The notes under the pieces were generated by a model, which made no database searches, had not been told where the DNA came from, and saw nothing but the letters and a program-made list of their open reading frames with translations. The position numbers were made by a program, and so were the translations under genes. This document shows, piece by piece, positions 52,721 to 64,000 of a DNA stretch of 64,000 nt; the first letter of the stretch is position 1; each line of letters starts with the position of its first letter. This stretch comes from Octopus sinensis (lineage: Eukaryota): positions 39,556,001 to 39,620,000 of the forward strand of contig NC_043006.1 of NCBI RefSeq assembly GCF_006345805.1. The letters run 5' to 3'.

Positions 52721-53168
52721 TAATGGAAGTCTTGATAGGAACGAGAGAGAGAGAGAGCGTCCCTCGTGTATCGTGTTATGTTTAGTATGGTGGAAATAAG
52801 TCTAAGTATTTAAATCGATAAGAACGACGAGCGAGAGTTGAGTCGACGAGAAAAGTGAGTCAGCCGAGAGGAACTCTGAAAAGCCAATGGCTGTAATATC
52901 ATGTCAAGAACTGCCTGGAATTCCTGTCAGACCAAAAGTTAAATAGATTTACCTGTCGACAGCTTTTACTGCAACTAACATCTGATTAATGAGTAACTAG
53001 TGGTTTGTGTCACGTGATGCTTCATAACACATTTCTGGAAATTTCTTCAATAAACGGTCGTTATTTATTTTGGTCGTTTCTGCTTTCCTTTTTCCTTTTT
53101 TTTTCTTGTTTTTCTGAGGTTTGTGTGTGAGTCTGTGTGCATGTGTGGGTGGCGAATAGGAAACTATG

Positions 53169-53240
<72 letters not shown>

Positions 53241-53344
53241 AGTGTGTGTGTGCGTGTATGTCTGTGTATATATATCCGTGTGTGTGTGCGTGTATCTGTG
53301 TGTGTGAGGTGAGCCCATCTACCTACTTATCTCTGTCAAAAACA

Positions 53345-53377
<33 letters not shown>

Positions 53378-53451
53378 ACACACAGTGGCGCACACACGTC
53401 CGTATGCTTTTGTGCGCATATGTGAGTTTATGCTGGTATATATGTAAATAT

Positions 53452-53650
53452 AGGCGCAGGCGTGATAGTTCAGTCCCATTGCGTGGCACATTGGGCAAAT
53501 GTCTTCTACTATATCCACGGGCCGACCAAAGCCATGTGATAGAATAAGTACCAGTCTTACAAAGAATAAGTCATGGGTCGATCTGTTCGACTAAAAGCAG
53601 TGCTCCAGCTAGGCCGCAGTCAAACGCCTCAAACAAATAAAAGAATAAAA
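53452..53650 (+). mobile_element. Internally deleted family B SINE
   Basis: Head taggcgcaggcgtg.. joined to tail gatagaataagtacc..cgactaaaagcagtgctccagc. Confidence 0.75.
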
Positions 53651-53860
53651 GAATATGTGTAAGTATTGAATATATATATATAATCAGTGGTGTAACAAGA
53701 CACCAATGTTTACTGGAAATACCAGTCGATAAATTTACGACGCTATAGTAAAGCTTCACTGTGTATATATTGGCAAGACATGTGAAGGCAGCGAACATAA
53801 AAAAAGTTTCGTCTTACATCTAGGAAGAACATTAGATAAATTCACAACCCAGAATTAGAT

Positions 53861-53935
53861 AACCTAGTACCTAGGTTTCGGACTCTTCAAATATGCTTGT
53901 TATGGTAAATTTGATTAGTCTTCTTCAGCTAGCTT
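53861..53935 (-). ncRNA. Type I hammerhead ribozyme motif with ACCTAGGT stem III
   Basis: agctag-CTGAAGA-A-gact aa tcaaat...atttga ag agtc c-GAAA-CCTAGG-TA-ctag; stem I ctag/ctag, GUA triplet. Confidence 0.65.
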
Positions 53936-54309
53936 TACCTGGACAATATTTCAAATGCTGCTACATCAATGCCAGTATATTCGCCTGAACAGATACAGGG
54001 ACCTAAACACACCAACATCAGTTGTCAAGCGATGGTAGGGTGACAAACACAGATACAAATACACACACACACACACACATGTACGACGAGATTCGTTCAG
54101 TTTCCGTCTACCAAAACCACTCACAAGGCTTTGATCGGCGCGAAGCTATAGTAGAAGACACTACTAGTAGAAGACATTACAAGATGCCATGCAGTGGGAC
54201 TGAACCCGGAACCATGCTGTTGGTAAGCAAGCCACACCTGCGTGAATGTGTGTATATATTTTACTTTTTACTGGTTTCAATTTGAGGCCATACAGCGGCA
54301 CCACTTTTC

Positions 54310-54565
54310 TGTATTGTTTGTGGTGGAGAGACAAGTTGTGTGGGCTGCTCTTCTTTGCGCCTTCTGCTGCGTTGTGGATCCATATGGTATCTTAGATTAA
54401 AATTTGTCTGGATGTTCCTTCCAAAACATCCTCACCTACACATTGCAAACCTCTGAGGTTATTTAGCAGTCGTAGACCCTTGAAATCAATGCTGTTACTG
54501 TACTGGGTCCTTCTTCTGGTTGGAGAAGACGGAATCTTTGGTGCTATGCAGTGCTGTCCAGTCGG
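54310..54565 (-). mobile_element. 3' fragment of CR1/L2-group LINE ORF2
   Basis: GQHCIAPKIP..RRTQYSNSIDFKGLRLLN.LRGLQCVG; same family as 21780-22075. Confidence 0.6.
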
Positions 54566-54575
54566 TGGTATGTGT

Positions 54576-54795
54576 TGGCAGAAACGTTAGCACGCCGGGC
54601 GAAATGCTTAGCGATATTTCGTCTGCATTACGTTGTGAGTTCAAATTCCGCCGAGGTCGACTTTGCCTTTCATCCTTTCGGGGTCGATAAATTAAGTACC
54701 AGTTACGCACTGGGGTCGATGTAATCGATTTAATACCTATGTCTGTCCTTGTTTGTCCCCTCTGTGTTTAGCCCCTTGTGGGTAATAAAGAAATA
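54576..54795 (+). mobile_element. Family A SINE, long-tail variant
   Basis: 9-bp TSD ggtatgtgt at 54567-54575 and 54796-54804. Confidence 0.9.
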
Positions 54796-55273
54796 GGTAT
54801 GTGTAACTATGTATAACTTTCAATTCTCAAGCTGGAAGCTAGACCTTCCAGTGTCATCCATGTTAATATCACTGCGTATCGTTCGCACCTTCTATCTACG
54901 GAGAAGACGTTCAGTTCCTGCAACTTCTCCCAGTATCTCATGTTTCACCGAGCATATATATATATATGTGTGTGTATGTGTATGTATGTTTGAGTACGCG
55001 TGTGTGTATGTGTGTTTATGTGGTTGTATGCATGTGTGTTTATGCGAGTGTATGTGTATGCGTATGTATGTGTATGTGTCTATATGTGAGTGTATGTGTA
55101 TGTATGTGGGTATGCGTTTGTACGTGTGTGAATGTGCATGTGCATATGTGTGTGCATGTGTGTATGTGCATATGTGTGTGTATGCGTGTATATATGTGTA
55201 TCTAAGAGTGTGTGTATATGTTTGCATGCGTGTGTATGTGTGTGTATGTATGGCTCTATTTTTGTGAATTTTA

Positions 55274-55311
<38 letters not shown>

Positions 55312-55313
<2 letters not shown>

Positions 55314-55514
55314 TGTTGGAATTCACAATAAAATAAACAAAATAAAAGACGAAGACAGGTGTATAAACAACAAACAGATGTATTAGTTTAACGCTCGGGA
55401 AGTGAGAAAGTCTTTTACATTTCGAGCCTACGCTCTTCAACAGAAAAGAACACAGAAACAAACAGAGAGAGAAGATTTTAAAATGTTTCATGTCTAGCGA
55501 TCATCATGGTGAAT
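55312..55514 (-). mobile_element. HHR-B repeat (hammerhead-like motif 55411-55448)
   Basis: Reverse complement tttt-CTGTTGA-A-gagc gtag gctc-GAAA-T-GTA-aaag. Confidence 0.75.
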
Positions 55515-55537
55515 ATATATATATATATAATATATAT

Positions 55538-55578
<41 letters not shown>

Positions 55579-56160
55579 TATATGTATAGATATACAGACA
55601 CACACATATATACATATATAGAAATAGAATGAGAGACAGACACACATATACATACATACAAACATACATACATACACATATATATCCTGCAACTTAAACT
55701 TGACGCTGACAAAATTAAATCTGTTGCTTATTTTCAATTTCTGAGAATCAACGTTGATAAGATTCTTAAATTGAAAGTAAATATTGATTTCATCTGCAAG
55801 CTGATAATCAGCGTTATTGCTAGCGTTAGGTCTCTCGAAAAAATAATTTTCCTAGACATGTGCAACATATATCATCTAATCTTTCAAATTACATTATTGA
55901 GTTATCGCTGTAGTCATGTCAAAATATACAGAAACAAGAGCCTTAAAACTAATTTTTAATAAAGGAAGAATACAGGCGTACGGAATTTTCGCTCTGTGGC
56001 CGTCTAGCTTTAAGAATGATTTAAAATTTTGGAACAAGGCCCAAAAGCTTGGGGTGTGTGGCAAGTAAATTACATTGACCCCAATTCTGAGCTGGTACTT
56101 ATTTTGTCGACCCCGAAAGGATGAAAAGCAAATTCGACCTCTGTGTAAGTTCACAAATAT

Positions 56161-56413
56161 ACTCTTTTTACTCTTTTACTTGTTTCAGTTATTTAACTGT
56201 GGCCATGCTGGAGCACCGCCTTTAGTCGATCAAATCGACCCCAGGACTTATTCTTTGTAAGCCTAGTACTTATTCTATAGGTCTCTTTTGCCGAACCACT
56301 AGGTTACGGGGATGTAAACACATCAGCATCGGTTGTCAAGCGATGTTGGGGGGATAAACAGACACGCAAGCATATACACATACACATGCATATATATATA
56401 TATATATATATAG

Positions 56414-56444
<31 letters not shown>

Positions 56445-56609
56445 TACGACGGGCTCCATTCAGTTTCCGTCTAGCAAATCCACTCTCAAAGCTTTGGTTG
56501 GCCCGGGGCTATAGTAGAAGACACTTGTCCAAGGTGCCACGCAGTGGGACTTAACCCGGAACCATATGTTCGTAAGCAAGCTACTTACCACATAGCCACT
56601 CCTACGCCT
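56161..56609 (-). mobile_element. Full-length family B SINE
   Basis: Collinear with the reverse complement of 30838-31276. Confidence 0.9.
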
Positions 56610-57339
56610 ACATGCAAATAATTCTCTACAAAAAATGTTTTTATCTTTAGAAGATTTTTTCTGTCTGAATTTTGAAGTTGCATTTATCTAGTAAGTGGTT
56701 TAAAAGGCTGCCATTTTCTGACGCAACCACCTTGTAACATACAAAACTGTTAAATTCACTTTAAATGTATTTGATATGGTGTCAACACTTTTGTTGCTTA
56801 ACTGCGATCTGCTCACTGAAATAGTTCCATTGCAATACTTTACCACATTAAATTTAAAGAGAATTTAGCAGGTGTGTTATTAAAATTCTAAAATGACTCT
56901 TCTGCGATGTAATTAATTTCCTCTCAATGTTCTGTTTTAATTTCTGTTCGTACGAGGTTTATAAACAACTGTGTTATCGACAATTTTCACGAAACGCAAA
57001 CAACTTCTTCAAGTCTGATGCAGATGACTGAAATGGTAGACTCATTAAAGCAGCATAACGAAATATCTGCATTCTTGGTTCAAATCTCGACGTGGTCATC
57101 TCATATTTTAATACTTATGGAGTCGATGTAGTACCTTTCAAAACATGCAGAAAAGATCATTGTAAACAATGAACCGTTTTTTATCATATTATTTGTGTTA
57201 GTCATTGAACTCTGACCCTGCTGAGACAATGTCTTGAAGTGTTTAATCGAACAAATCCATGTCAATGCTTCTAAGTAAGAAGGCAGCAAGCTGACAGAAA
57301 CGTTGTGCCTAGAGTAGAAAAGATTATTCCATCAACCAA

Positions 57340-57727
57340 AGGCGGCGAGCTGGCAGAAACGTTGGCACGCCGGGCGAAATGCTTAGCGGTATTTCGGCTG
57401 CCGTTACGTTGTGAGTTCAAATTCCGCCGAGGTCGACTTTGCCTTTCATCCTTTCGGGGTTGATAAATTAAGTACCAGTTATGCACTGGAGTCGATGTAA
57501 TCGACTTAATACCTATGTCTGTCCTTGTTAGTCCTCTCTGTGTTTAGCCCCTTGTGGGTAGTAATGAAATAGGTATTTCGCCCGTCTTTACGTTCTGAGT
57601 TCAAATTTCGCCGAGGCCGACTTTACCTTTCGGGTTCGCTAAGTACCAGATGCGTACTGGGGTAGAACTAATCGACTGGCCTCTTACTCAAAAAATTCGG
57701 GCCTTGTACCTAGAGTAGAAAAGAATA
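57340..57727 (+). mobile_element. Nested family A SINE (long-tail variant inside short-tail variant)
   Basis: ggtatttcg duplicated at 57388-57396 and 57572-57580. Confidence 0.85.
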
Positions 57728-57979
57728 CTTCTAAGATAGGTATTCTATATAGCTCTTAGTGAAGTCACAGGGATGTAAAGAGACAAACACCGGTTGTCAA
57801 ACAGTGGTGACTGGACATCCACAAACACAAAGGCAACATACACATAGGCCTATATATATATATATGTATGTATTTGTGCATGTATATATATATATGTATG
57901 CATGCTATATATGTATCTATTCATGTATGTAGATAGGTATTACGTAATATATGTATGTATCTGTGTGTATGTATAGATA

Positions 57980-58412
57980 TTCTTTAATTCTCTTACGTGT
58001 CTCAGTCATTGAACTCCGGCCATGCTGGAGCACCACCTTGAAGGGTTTTTGTCGAACAAATCAACACCAGGACTTATTTCTTAAGCCTAGTAGTTATTCT
58101 ATCGGTCAGTTTTGCCGAACCGCTAAAATACGGGAACATAAACACAATAACACCAGTTGTTAAGTGGTGATGGAGTGAAAAACAGACATAAAGACACACA
58201 CATACACACATACATATATATATATCATATATATATATATATATATATATATACACGGCGGGCTTCTTTCAGTTTCTGTCTACCAGTCCACTCACAGGGC
58301 TTTAGTCGGCCCGAGGCTATAGCAGAAGACAACTGCCCAAAGTTCCACGCAGTGGGACTGAACCTGGAATCATGTAGTTGGGAAGCAAGTTTGTTACCAC
58401 ACAGCCACTTCT
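57980..58412 (-). mobile_element. Family B SINE, near full length
   Basis: Collinear with the family B consensus inferred from this window. Confidence 0.85.
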
Positions 58413-58635
58413 GTATGCATGTAATATATGTATGTATGTACGTATGTATGTATTATGTATGTATGTATGTATGTATGTATATATGTATGCATGTATGTAT
58501 GTATGTATGTATGTATGTATGCATGCATGTATGTATGTATGCATGTATGTATGCATGTATATATGTATGTATGCATGTATGCATGTATGTATGCATGCAT
58601 TCATGTATGTGTGTATGTATGTATATATGTATATA

Positions 58636-58853
58636 CGAGGGAGTGCCGAAAATTCCGTGGCTTCAAGTTGTGTTCGAAAGGCCTGGTTGGAGATCCAATC
58701 TCCCGAGTTATTTTACAGGGCTTAGAAAAACTGCAGGACCGCTGCAAAGAGTTTGTGAATCTGAGAGGGGAATATATTGAATAAGATCAAAATTAACTGT
58801 TCCTCCTGTATTTTCTTTTACTCAAAGCCAGGAACGTTTCAGCACCCACCTCG
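58636..58853 (+). mobile_element. Internally deleted mariner element
   Basis: TIR (ta)cgagggagtgccgaaaattccgtggctt / aaagccaggaacgtttcagcacccacctcg; remnant GLEKLQDRCKEFVNLRGEYIE-stop (mariner C-terminus). Confidence 0.85.
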
Positions 58854-58882
58854 TTTGTATGCATGTAATATGTATGTATGTT

Positions 58883-59039
58883 GGTCGAGTCAGTCTCTTA
58901 CGACTCACCTGTTGGCAAACAGAATCAATTTGTCGTCCTGCTGAACAACGTCATCATGCTTTTGAAGGTGTGCTGGGCCATTTGTATTGGGTTTTGAGCT
59001 AACGATTGTTGAGCCATTAGTTTTGTACTTGACTCGACC
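58883..59039. mobile_element. Possible small MITE
   Basis: 10-bp perfect inverted ends ggtcgagtca / tgactcgacc. Confidence 0.35.
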
Positions 59040-59789
59040 GCGTGTTATGTTGAATCGTTCACCTGAGTATTTCATTTCATTTTGTTCGACTCGCTAAGCT
59101 GAAACTGAGTACCAAAAAGAAAAAAGACAAAATCAATGTGATTAAACTAGCGAGGAAGGATTAGTGATCCGTTTAGTGGGGAACTCTTCTACTGTCAATT
59201 TAACTTGAAGATCCAACTTGTAGACTCGAGTTAGACCTAACCCTTAAGTGGTTTTAGTAGAGATCCACCCGATTTTTAGCAACTATTCGGACTGGTTAAT
59301 CAGGTTGAGGAGCACCTCTCTACTGCCTCCCACTCATCACGGAAGCCAGCAGTTTCTTGAGTAGTACTTCACTTTCTTACTGACTAAACGCTAACAAAAT
59401 AAATAAATTTGTAACCAATTTATAAAAATATTCTTTTTAAGATAGACTCAATGAAAGAAACGCGTCTAATGTTTTCAATAAATTCATAAATTAAATTTTC
59501 AACAAAATCAATATATGTCAATAAAAATGGTATGTCACTTCACAACTGAAATGATCAATTCTTAATCTTCCTTTGAATCAAGATAAACCTATTATCTCCG
59601 AACACGTTAATCATTTATATGGCATTCACAAACAGATTATATACTGTCTGGCGTAAATCACAGCTTTGTAAAGCAGTCAGAAAGGACTATACTTTTCTTA
59701 ATAATTATTACTATCAATTTTCTTATGCTATTCTTGTAGAGGTTTTATTGTTTCCGCTATAATAAAAAATCAATAAAAAGACGTTGATG

Positions 59790-59905
59790 GTCAGTCGCCA
59801 TTTTGGTCTTTGTCACGAGCCCTGAACCATAAACGCTTAACTCTTCATATTTACATTGACTGCTTACGCAATATAATTTGCGATAGTTCTGCACGCGAAA
59901 AAAAT
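59790..59905 (-). promoter_or_regulatory. Possible housekeeping-type promoter signature (YY1-like and E2F-like motifs)
   Basis: CGCCATTTTGG at 59796-59806 and CGCGAAAA at 59894-59901, in one of the few repeat-free stretches. Confidence 0.2.
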
Positions 59906-61164
59906 TAATTGAATTTATTTATGCGGTGACTGCTTATATACACCGGCGTACATAAGTATGTATGCGGTGTATCTCGGTATGTAAGTAGTACGTATATATA
60001 GCTATGTAACAAATAGAATCGTTTCAATCTTTACCCGAGACTATGTCTGTACCTTAACTTTCATTTATCACTCTTGTTGACCGTGATATTTGAACTCAAT
60101 TGTTTTGTAGTGATTTACTGAAAAACCACTTTCTAAATCTATTTCTATGAATAAGGAGATGAATGACTGCTAATTGATGAATGTAGCGTATCTAATTATA
60201 AACTAAAACAAACAAGTGACCTGTCTATTCATTCTTTTCTGTAGTGACATTTTCCCCGTATTAAAATAACCAATTTTGTTTTGTATTATATTCATTCGTT
60301 CGGTTATGATTACATGATTGTGGGGGCTATTATGTAATACATATTATATAATGAACTTGACTCATCCGTATCTACATATATGATGTCTGACTTATCGCCA
60401 ACACATAGCTGAAATAACTGTAAAAAATGGAATAAATGTAATACTATCTTTACTATTCTTCATTACACACATACACACGCTCACACACGCGCGCGCGCAC
60501 ATACACAAGTGATTGATGTGAGACTGTGATGAATCTAAAACAATTATGGCGTAGAAGACACATATTAGCCATTAAAAAAGCATTTATACATATACATACA
60601 TGCATATATATATATATATATATGCATTATTCAAACATCTGTTCGTGAGCCTCCTGCCTGGAGGATATGTGTGTATGTAAATGTGTGTGTGTGCGTGTGC
60701 GTGGGTGCATGAGTGTACAGTTGCAAGTCTTTTGACGTCAATTCCCACTAATACACACATTCCCAGAAATACATTGGTTACAATTCTGATATGTAACTAT
60801 TGTTTTTTTTTTGTCCTTGGGCAATATATATATATATATAATGTGTGTGTGTTGTGTGTGTGGGTGTGTGTATTGTATATATATGTATGTATATATAGAT
60901 ATATATATGTATATTATACTGCACATATAAATATATACATATATATGTGAATATATGTATATATATATATATATTTATACATATAAATATGTACATATAT
61001 ATATGTATATATACACACACATACATATATATAATATATAGATATAGATATATATCTATATATCTATATATATCTGTATGTATATATAAGTGCATATATA
61101 TATGTATACATATGTATGTGTGTATATATATACATATGTATGTGTGTACATATATGTATGTATG

Positions 61165-61241
<77 letters not shown>

Positions 61242-61884
61242 ATATACATATATACATATATATATATATCCTTGAGAACAAGGGTTAGGCGAGTACAGAG
61301 TGTAAAACAAAATTATATAAATGTCAAGGGAACAGAAATTACATTATTAACGCCATTAGCTTACATCTGTCTCTGTTACGATACAGTACAGCCAGAACTA
61401 AGTAATTGTGCATTACCTCATAGCTTCCTTGGAGCATTTAAAACATATCTTGGGCACACTGCAACTCCTAGCAGAAACAACTACACGCTTATGAACATGG
61501 TTACGTAATAACTATATATAATAACCTTTGTTTGACTATTACAGCCAAAGTTATACATATTTTCGAATATAAGTGTTGGAAAGAAGGTGAAGAACAAAAT
61601 ATGAAGGAAGGCTGCGAATGTGTCAGAAGTAAATGATGTTTGCCATAGAGCTGCTATTGAATATAATATACGAGAATACAGATGTGTTGAAGTTCAAATT
61701 TACCTTTCAACACAAACGATATTTTGATAGAAGACAGATGATTAAAAGTCCTCATGGGAGTTAAATTAAACTACTTATTGTATTCAAGTATCGTGGCAAC
61801 TGTCAGATATAAATACTCAAATAATAACATAGTTATATATATCTATAACTACGTTAGATAGTGATATATACATATAAGACACTT

Positions 61885-62322
61885 TTTCCTTTATTTTTTA
61901 CCTGCTTCATTCATCAAATTGTGGCCATGCTGGGGCACCGCCTTTCAGAGCTTTTTGTCGAATGATTTGATCCCTAGGCTTTTTCTAAGCTTGGTTCTTA
62001 TTCTAAATGTTTCTTTATGCCGAACCGCTACGCTAGGAGGACGTGAGCAAATTTAACATCTGTTCTCAAGGAGTAATGAGAAACAAATACAGACAAAAAG
62101 ACACACACATACACACAGACACACGCACGCACACGTATATATTTGACAGGCTTCTTTTAGTTTCAGTCTACCAAATTAACGCACAATTCTTTGGTCTACA
62201 GTAGAAGACATTTGCGCACTTAAAAAGACTGAATCTGGAAACAACGTAAGGAGACTGAATCTGGAAACATGTGATTGGGAAGCAAGCTTCTTATAACAGT
62301 CCTACAGTCACGACTGCGCCTA
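61885..62322 (-). mobile_element. Degenerate family B SINE with internal 26-bp duplication
   Basis: Family B motifs; gactgaatctggaaaca occurs twice. Confidence 0.7.
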
Positions 62323-62584
62323 TATATTATATGTACTAGCTGGCCCCGTTTCGTTAAAAGTGACTGCTAATTGTAGTATTTTATACATAAACAAGAGTAC
62401 TGAGAGAGCACAAATCTCCGCCAAGGTAACACCAACGTTCTCTCAACGATTAGCCAAACCGCTATGTTGCTAGGACATAAGCACATCAAGACCGGTTGTG
62501 AAGCTATGGTAGGGATGTGATTCAACAGAAAGAGGTCCAAAGCTTGCGAGACAGCTTCTCAGAGGATAGAGGGTGGTGCCTTGC

Positions 62585-63000
62585 ATTTCGCCAAAAGAAA
62601 TTTGTCCACATGTGATATTACACTGAACATTTAGGTTCTGGAATTCAGCGGTGAGGTAGAGTTCTTGGATCTTAAAAGAATAAGTGATCTGTCAGCTACG
62701 CATGAGTTGCACTTCTTAGATCTATTAACAAATGGCATGGATATCTGTACGAATCTCCACTTGATTGTGTGTAGTGTACGATTGATCTTCAAATCCCATA
62801 CGTGGCTAGCCATCGACAATGTATAGACACCTATACCAGCGTTCTGATTTGTAAATTTAATAGACCATGTTCTCAGTGCTTGAGATTGCTTGGTGGCTCA
62901 AGGCGTTATAAAACACTGCCTAGATCCACATCTCCAAGTAAGAAACTATTAGTAGCTCATATCATCATACTGTGTACTTTAAGCGAAAACAATCTCTCAC
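62585..63000 (-). mobile_element. Penelope-like GIY-YIG C-terminal remnant
   Basis: TLSMASHVWDLKIN....IKWRFV......SKKCNSC.ADRSLIL......LNSRT matches the PLE T.LS..VW.LK..I.W..C.LC..EK..LN.R motif. Confidence 0.7.
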
Positions 63001-63057
63001 TTGATAGAGTAATTTTTTTTTGTTGATCTCATGTTAACGGAAGAGTAATCTATATAT

Positions 63058-63275
63058 TCTTTTATTCTTTAACTTGTCTGTCATTTTGACTGTTGCCATA
63101 CTGGAGGACTGCCTTTTTATTCGAAGAAATCGACCCCTGCACTTATTATTTGTAAGCCTGGTAATTATTCTATCGGCCTCTTTTGCCGAACTGCTAGGTT
63201 ACAGGGTCATAAACTCACGAACATGTTGCCAATCGATGGTGAAGGGGGGGCAAACAAACACACAATTATATACAT
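63058..63275 (-). mobile_element. 3' half of family B SINE
   Basis: Matches the family B tail. Confidence 0.75.
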
Positions 63276-63554
63276 ACATACATATATTATATATATGTAT
63301 ATATATATGTGTGTATATATATGTATGTTATATATATATATATATATATGTGTATATATATATACGTGTATACGCCTGCGCCTATACACACACACACACA
63401 TATATACACACAGACACACTCACAAAATTTGGAAGCGTCCAATATGTTTGGTGTTTTATAGAAAAGAAGTAATTTTCGAACGCACTAAAGCTGTAATAAC
63501 AGCAGAGAGCATATGAGTATTTACCATTATAAAACGGAAAAAAAATAGTTGCCA

Positions 63555-63628
63555 ACAGACGTCTGAGGGAATGGAACCTATACTTCTCACATACCAGCTC
63601 AGTACTCTACCATTAGAATGGCCAGGAT
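63555..63628 (-). pseudogene. Degenerate tRNA-like sequence or SINE head
   Basis: tggccattctaatggtagagtact...ataggttccattccc gives loose A-box and B-box matches; no intact cloverleaf. Confidence 0.25.
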
Positions 63629-64000
63629 CTGAGGAGTACAAGTTCGATCTCTGTAGCCGCCTACTGGCAACTTTTATTTTTCCTACGCAACTTTACTGCG
63701 TTCGAAATCTACTTTGTTATCACTAAAATAAATATATATATATATATATATGTATGTATATGTACGTATATATATATATATATATGTATATATATAATAT
63801 ATATATATATATAATATATATATATATATATACAAACATACATATACATATTATATATTTCATATAAATTAGGGTACATTTTTATATACAAAAGAGTTGA
63901 TTTTAACAGAACACCTTACATGCTGGAAAGGGCATTTAAAGCCCAAACCACGAATAAATAATTTCAAAGGGAATGAAAAAATAATTAAAACAAATCATTT

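Noticed and set aside
51618-52785. Mucin-like or Pro/Thr/His-rich ORFs
   Set aside because: Cryptic triplet repeats open in all frames, with no splice or domain evidence; cannot be fully excluded as an exon without RNA-seq.

Overview
AT-rich, microsatellite-saturated eukaryotic DNA. The SINE families and simple-repeat load look like an octopus/cephalopod genome (inference from recalled repeat consensuses; no database search was run). I find no supportable host protein-coding exon, rRNA, intact tRNA or CRISPR array. Nearly all six-frame ORFs are translations of (TA)n, (CA)n, (TATG)n or triplet repeats. The window is a transposon graveyard: at least five decayed Penelope-like element (PLE) RT/GIY-YIG remnants, several tRNA-derived SINE families in many copies, RTE, CR1/L2-group and RLE-type LINE fragments, hAT-Charlie, Tc1, mariner and Helitron remnants, several MITE-like or spacerless palindromes, and one 100-N assembly gap. 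The main signal is RNA-level: more than a dozen type I hammerhead ribozyme (HHR) motifs from several unrelated families, almost all with a self-complementary stem III (AACGTT, ACAGCTGT, ACGGCCGT, ACCTAGGT). Two of them form the 3' end of a tRNA-headed SINE present in two neighbouring copies (12.9-13.6 kb), a candidate Pol III SINE/ribozyme hybrid that may be mobilised by PLEs. A second SINE subfamily shows an apparent G(G/A)TAT target preference that explains its nested self-insertions. Element boundaries are approximate unless a TIR or TSD is quoted.
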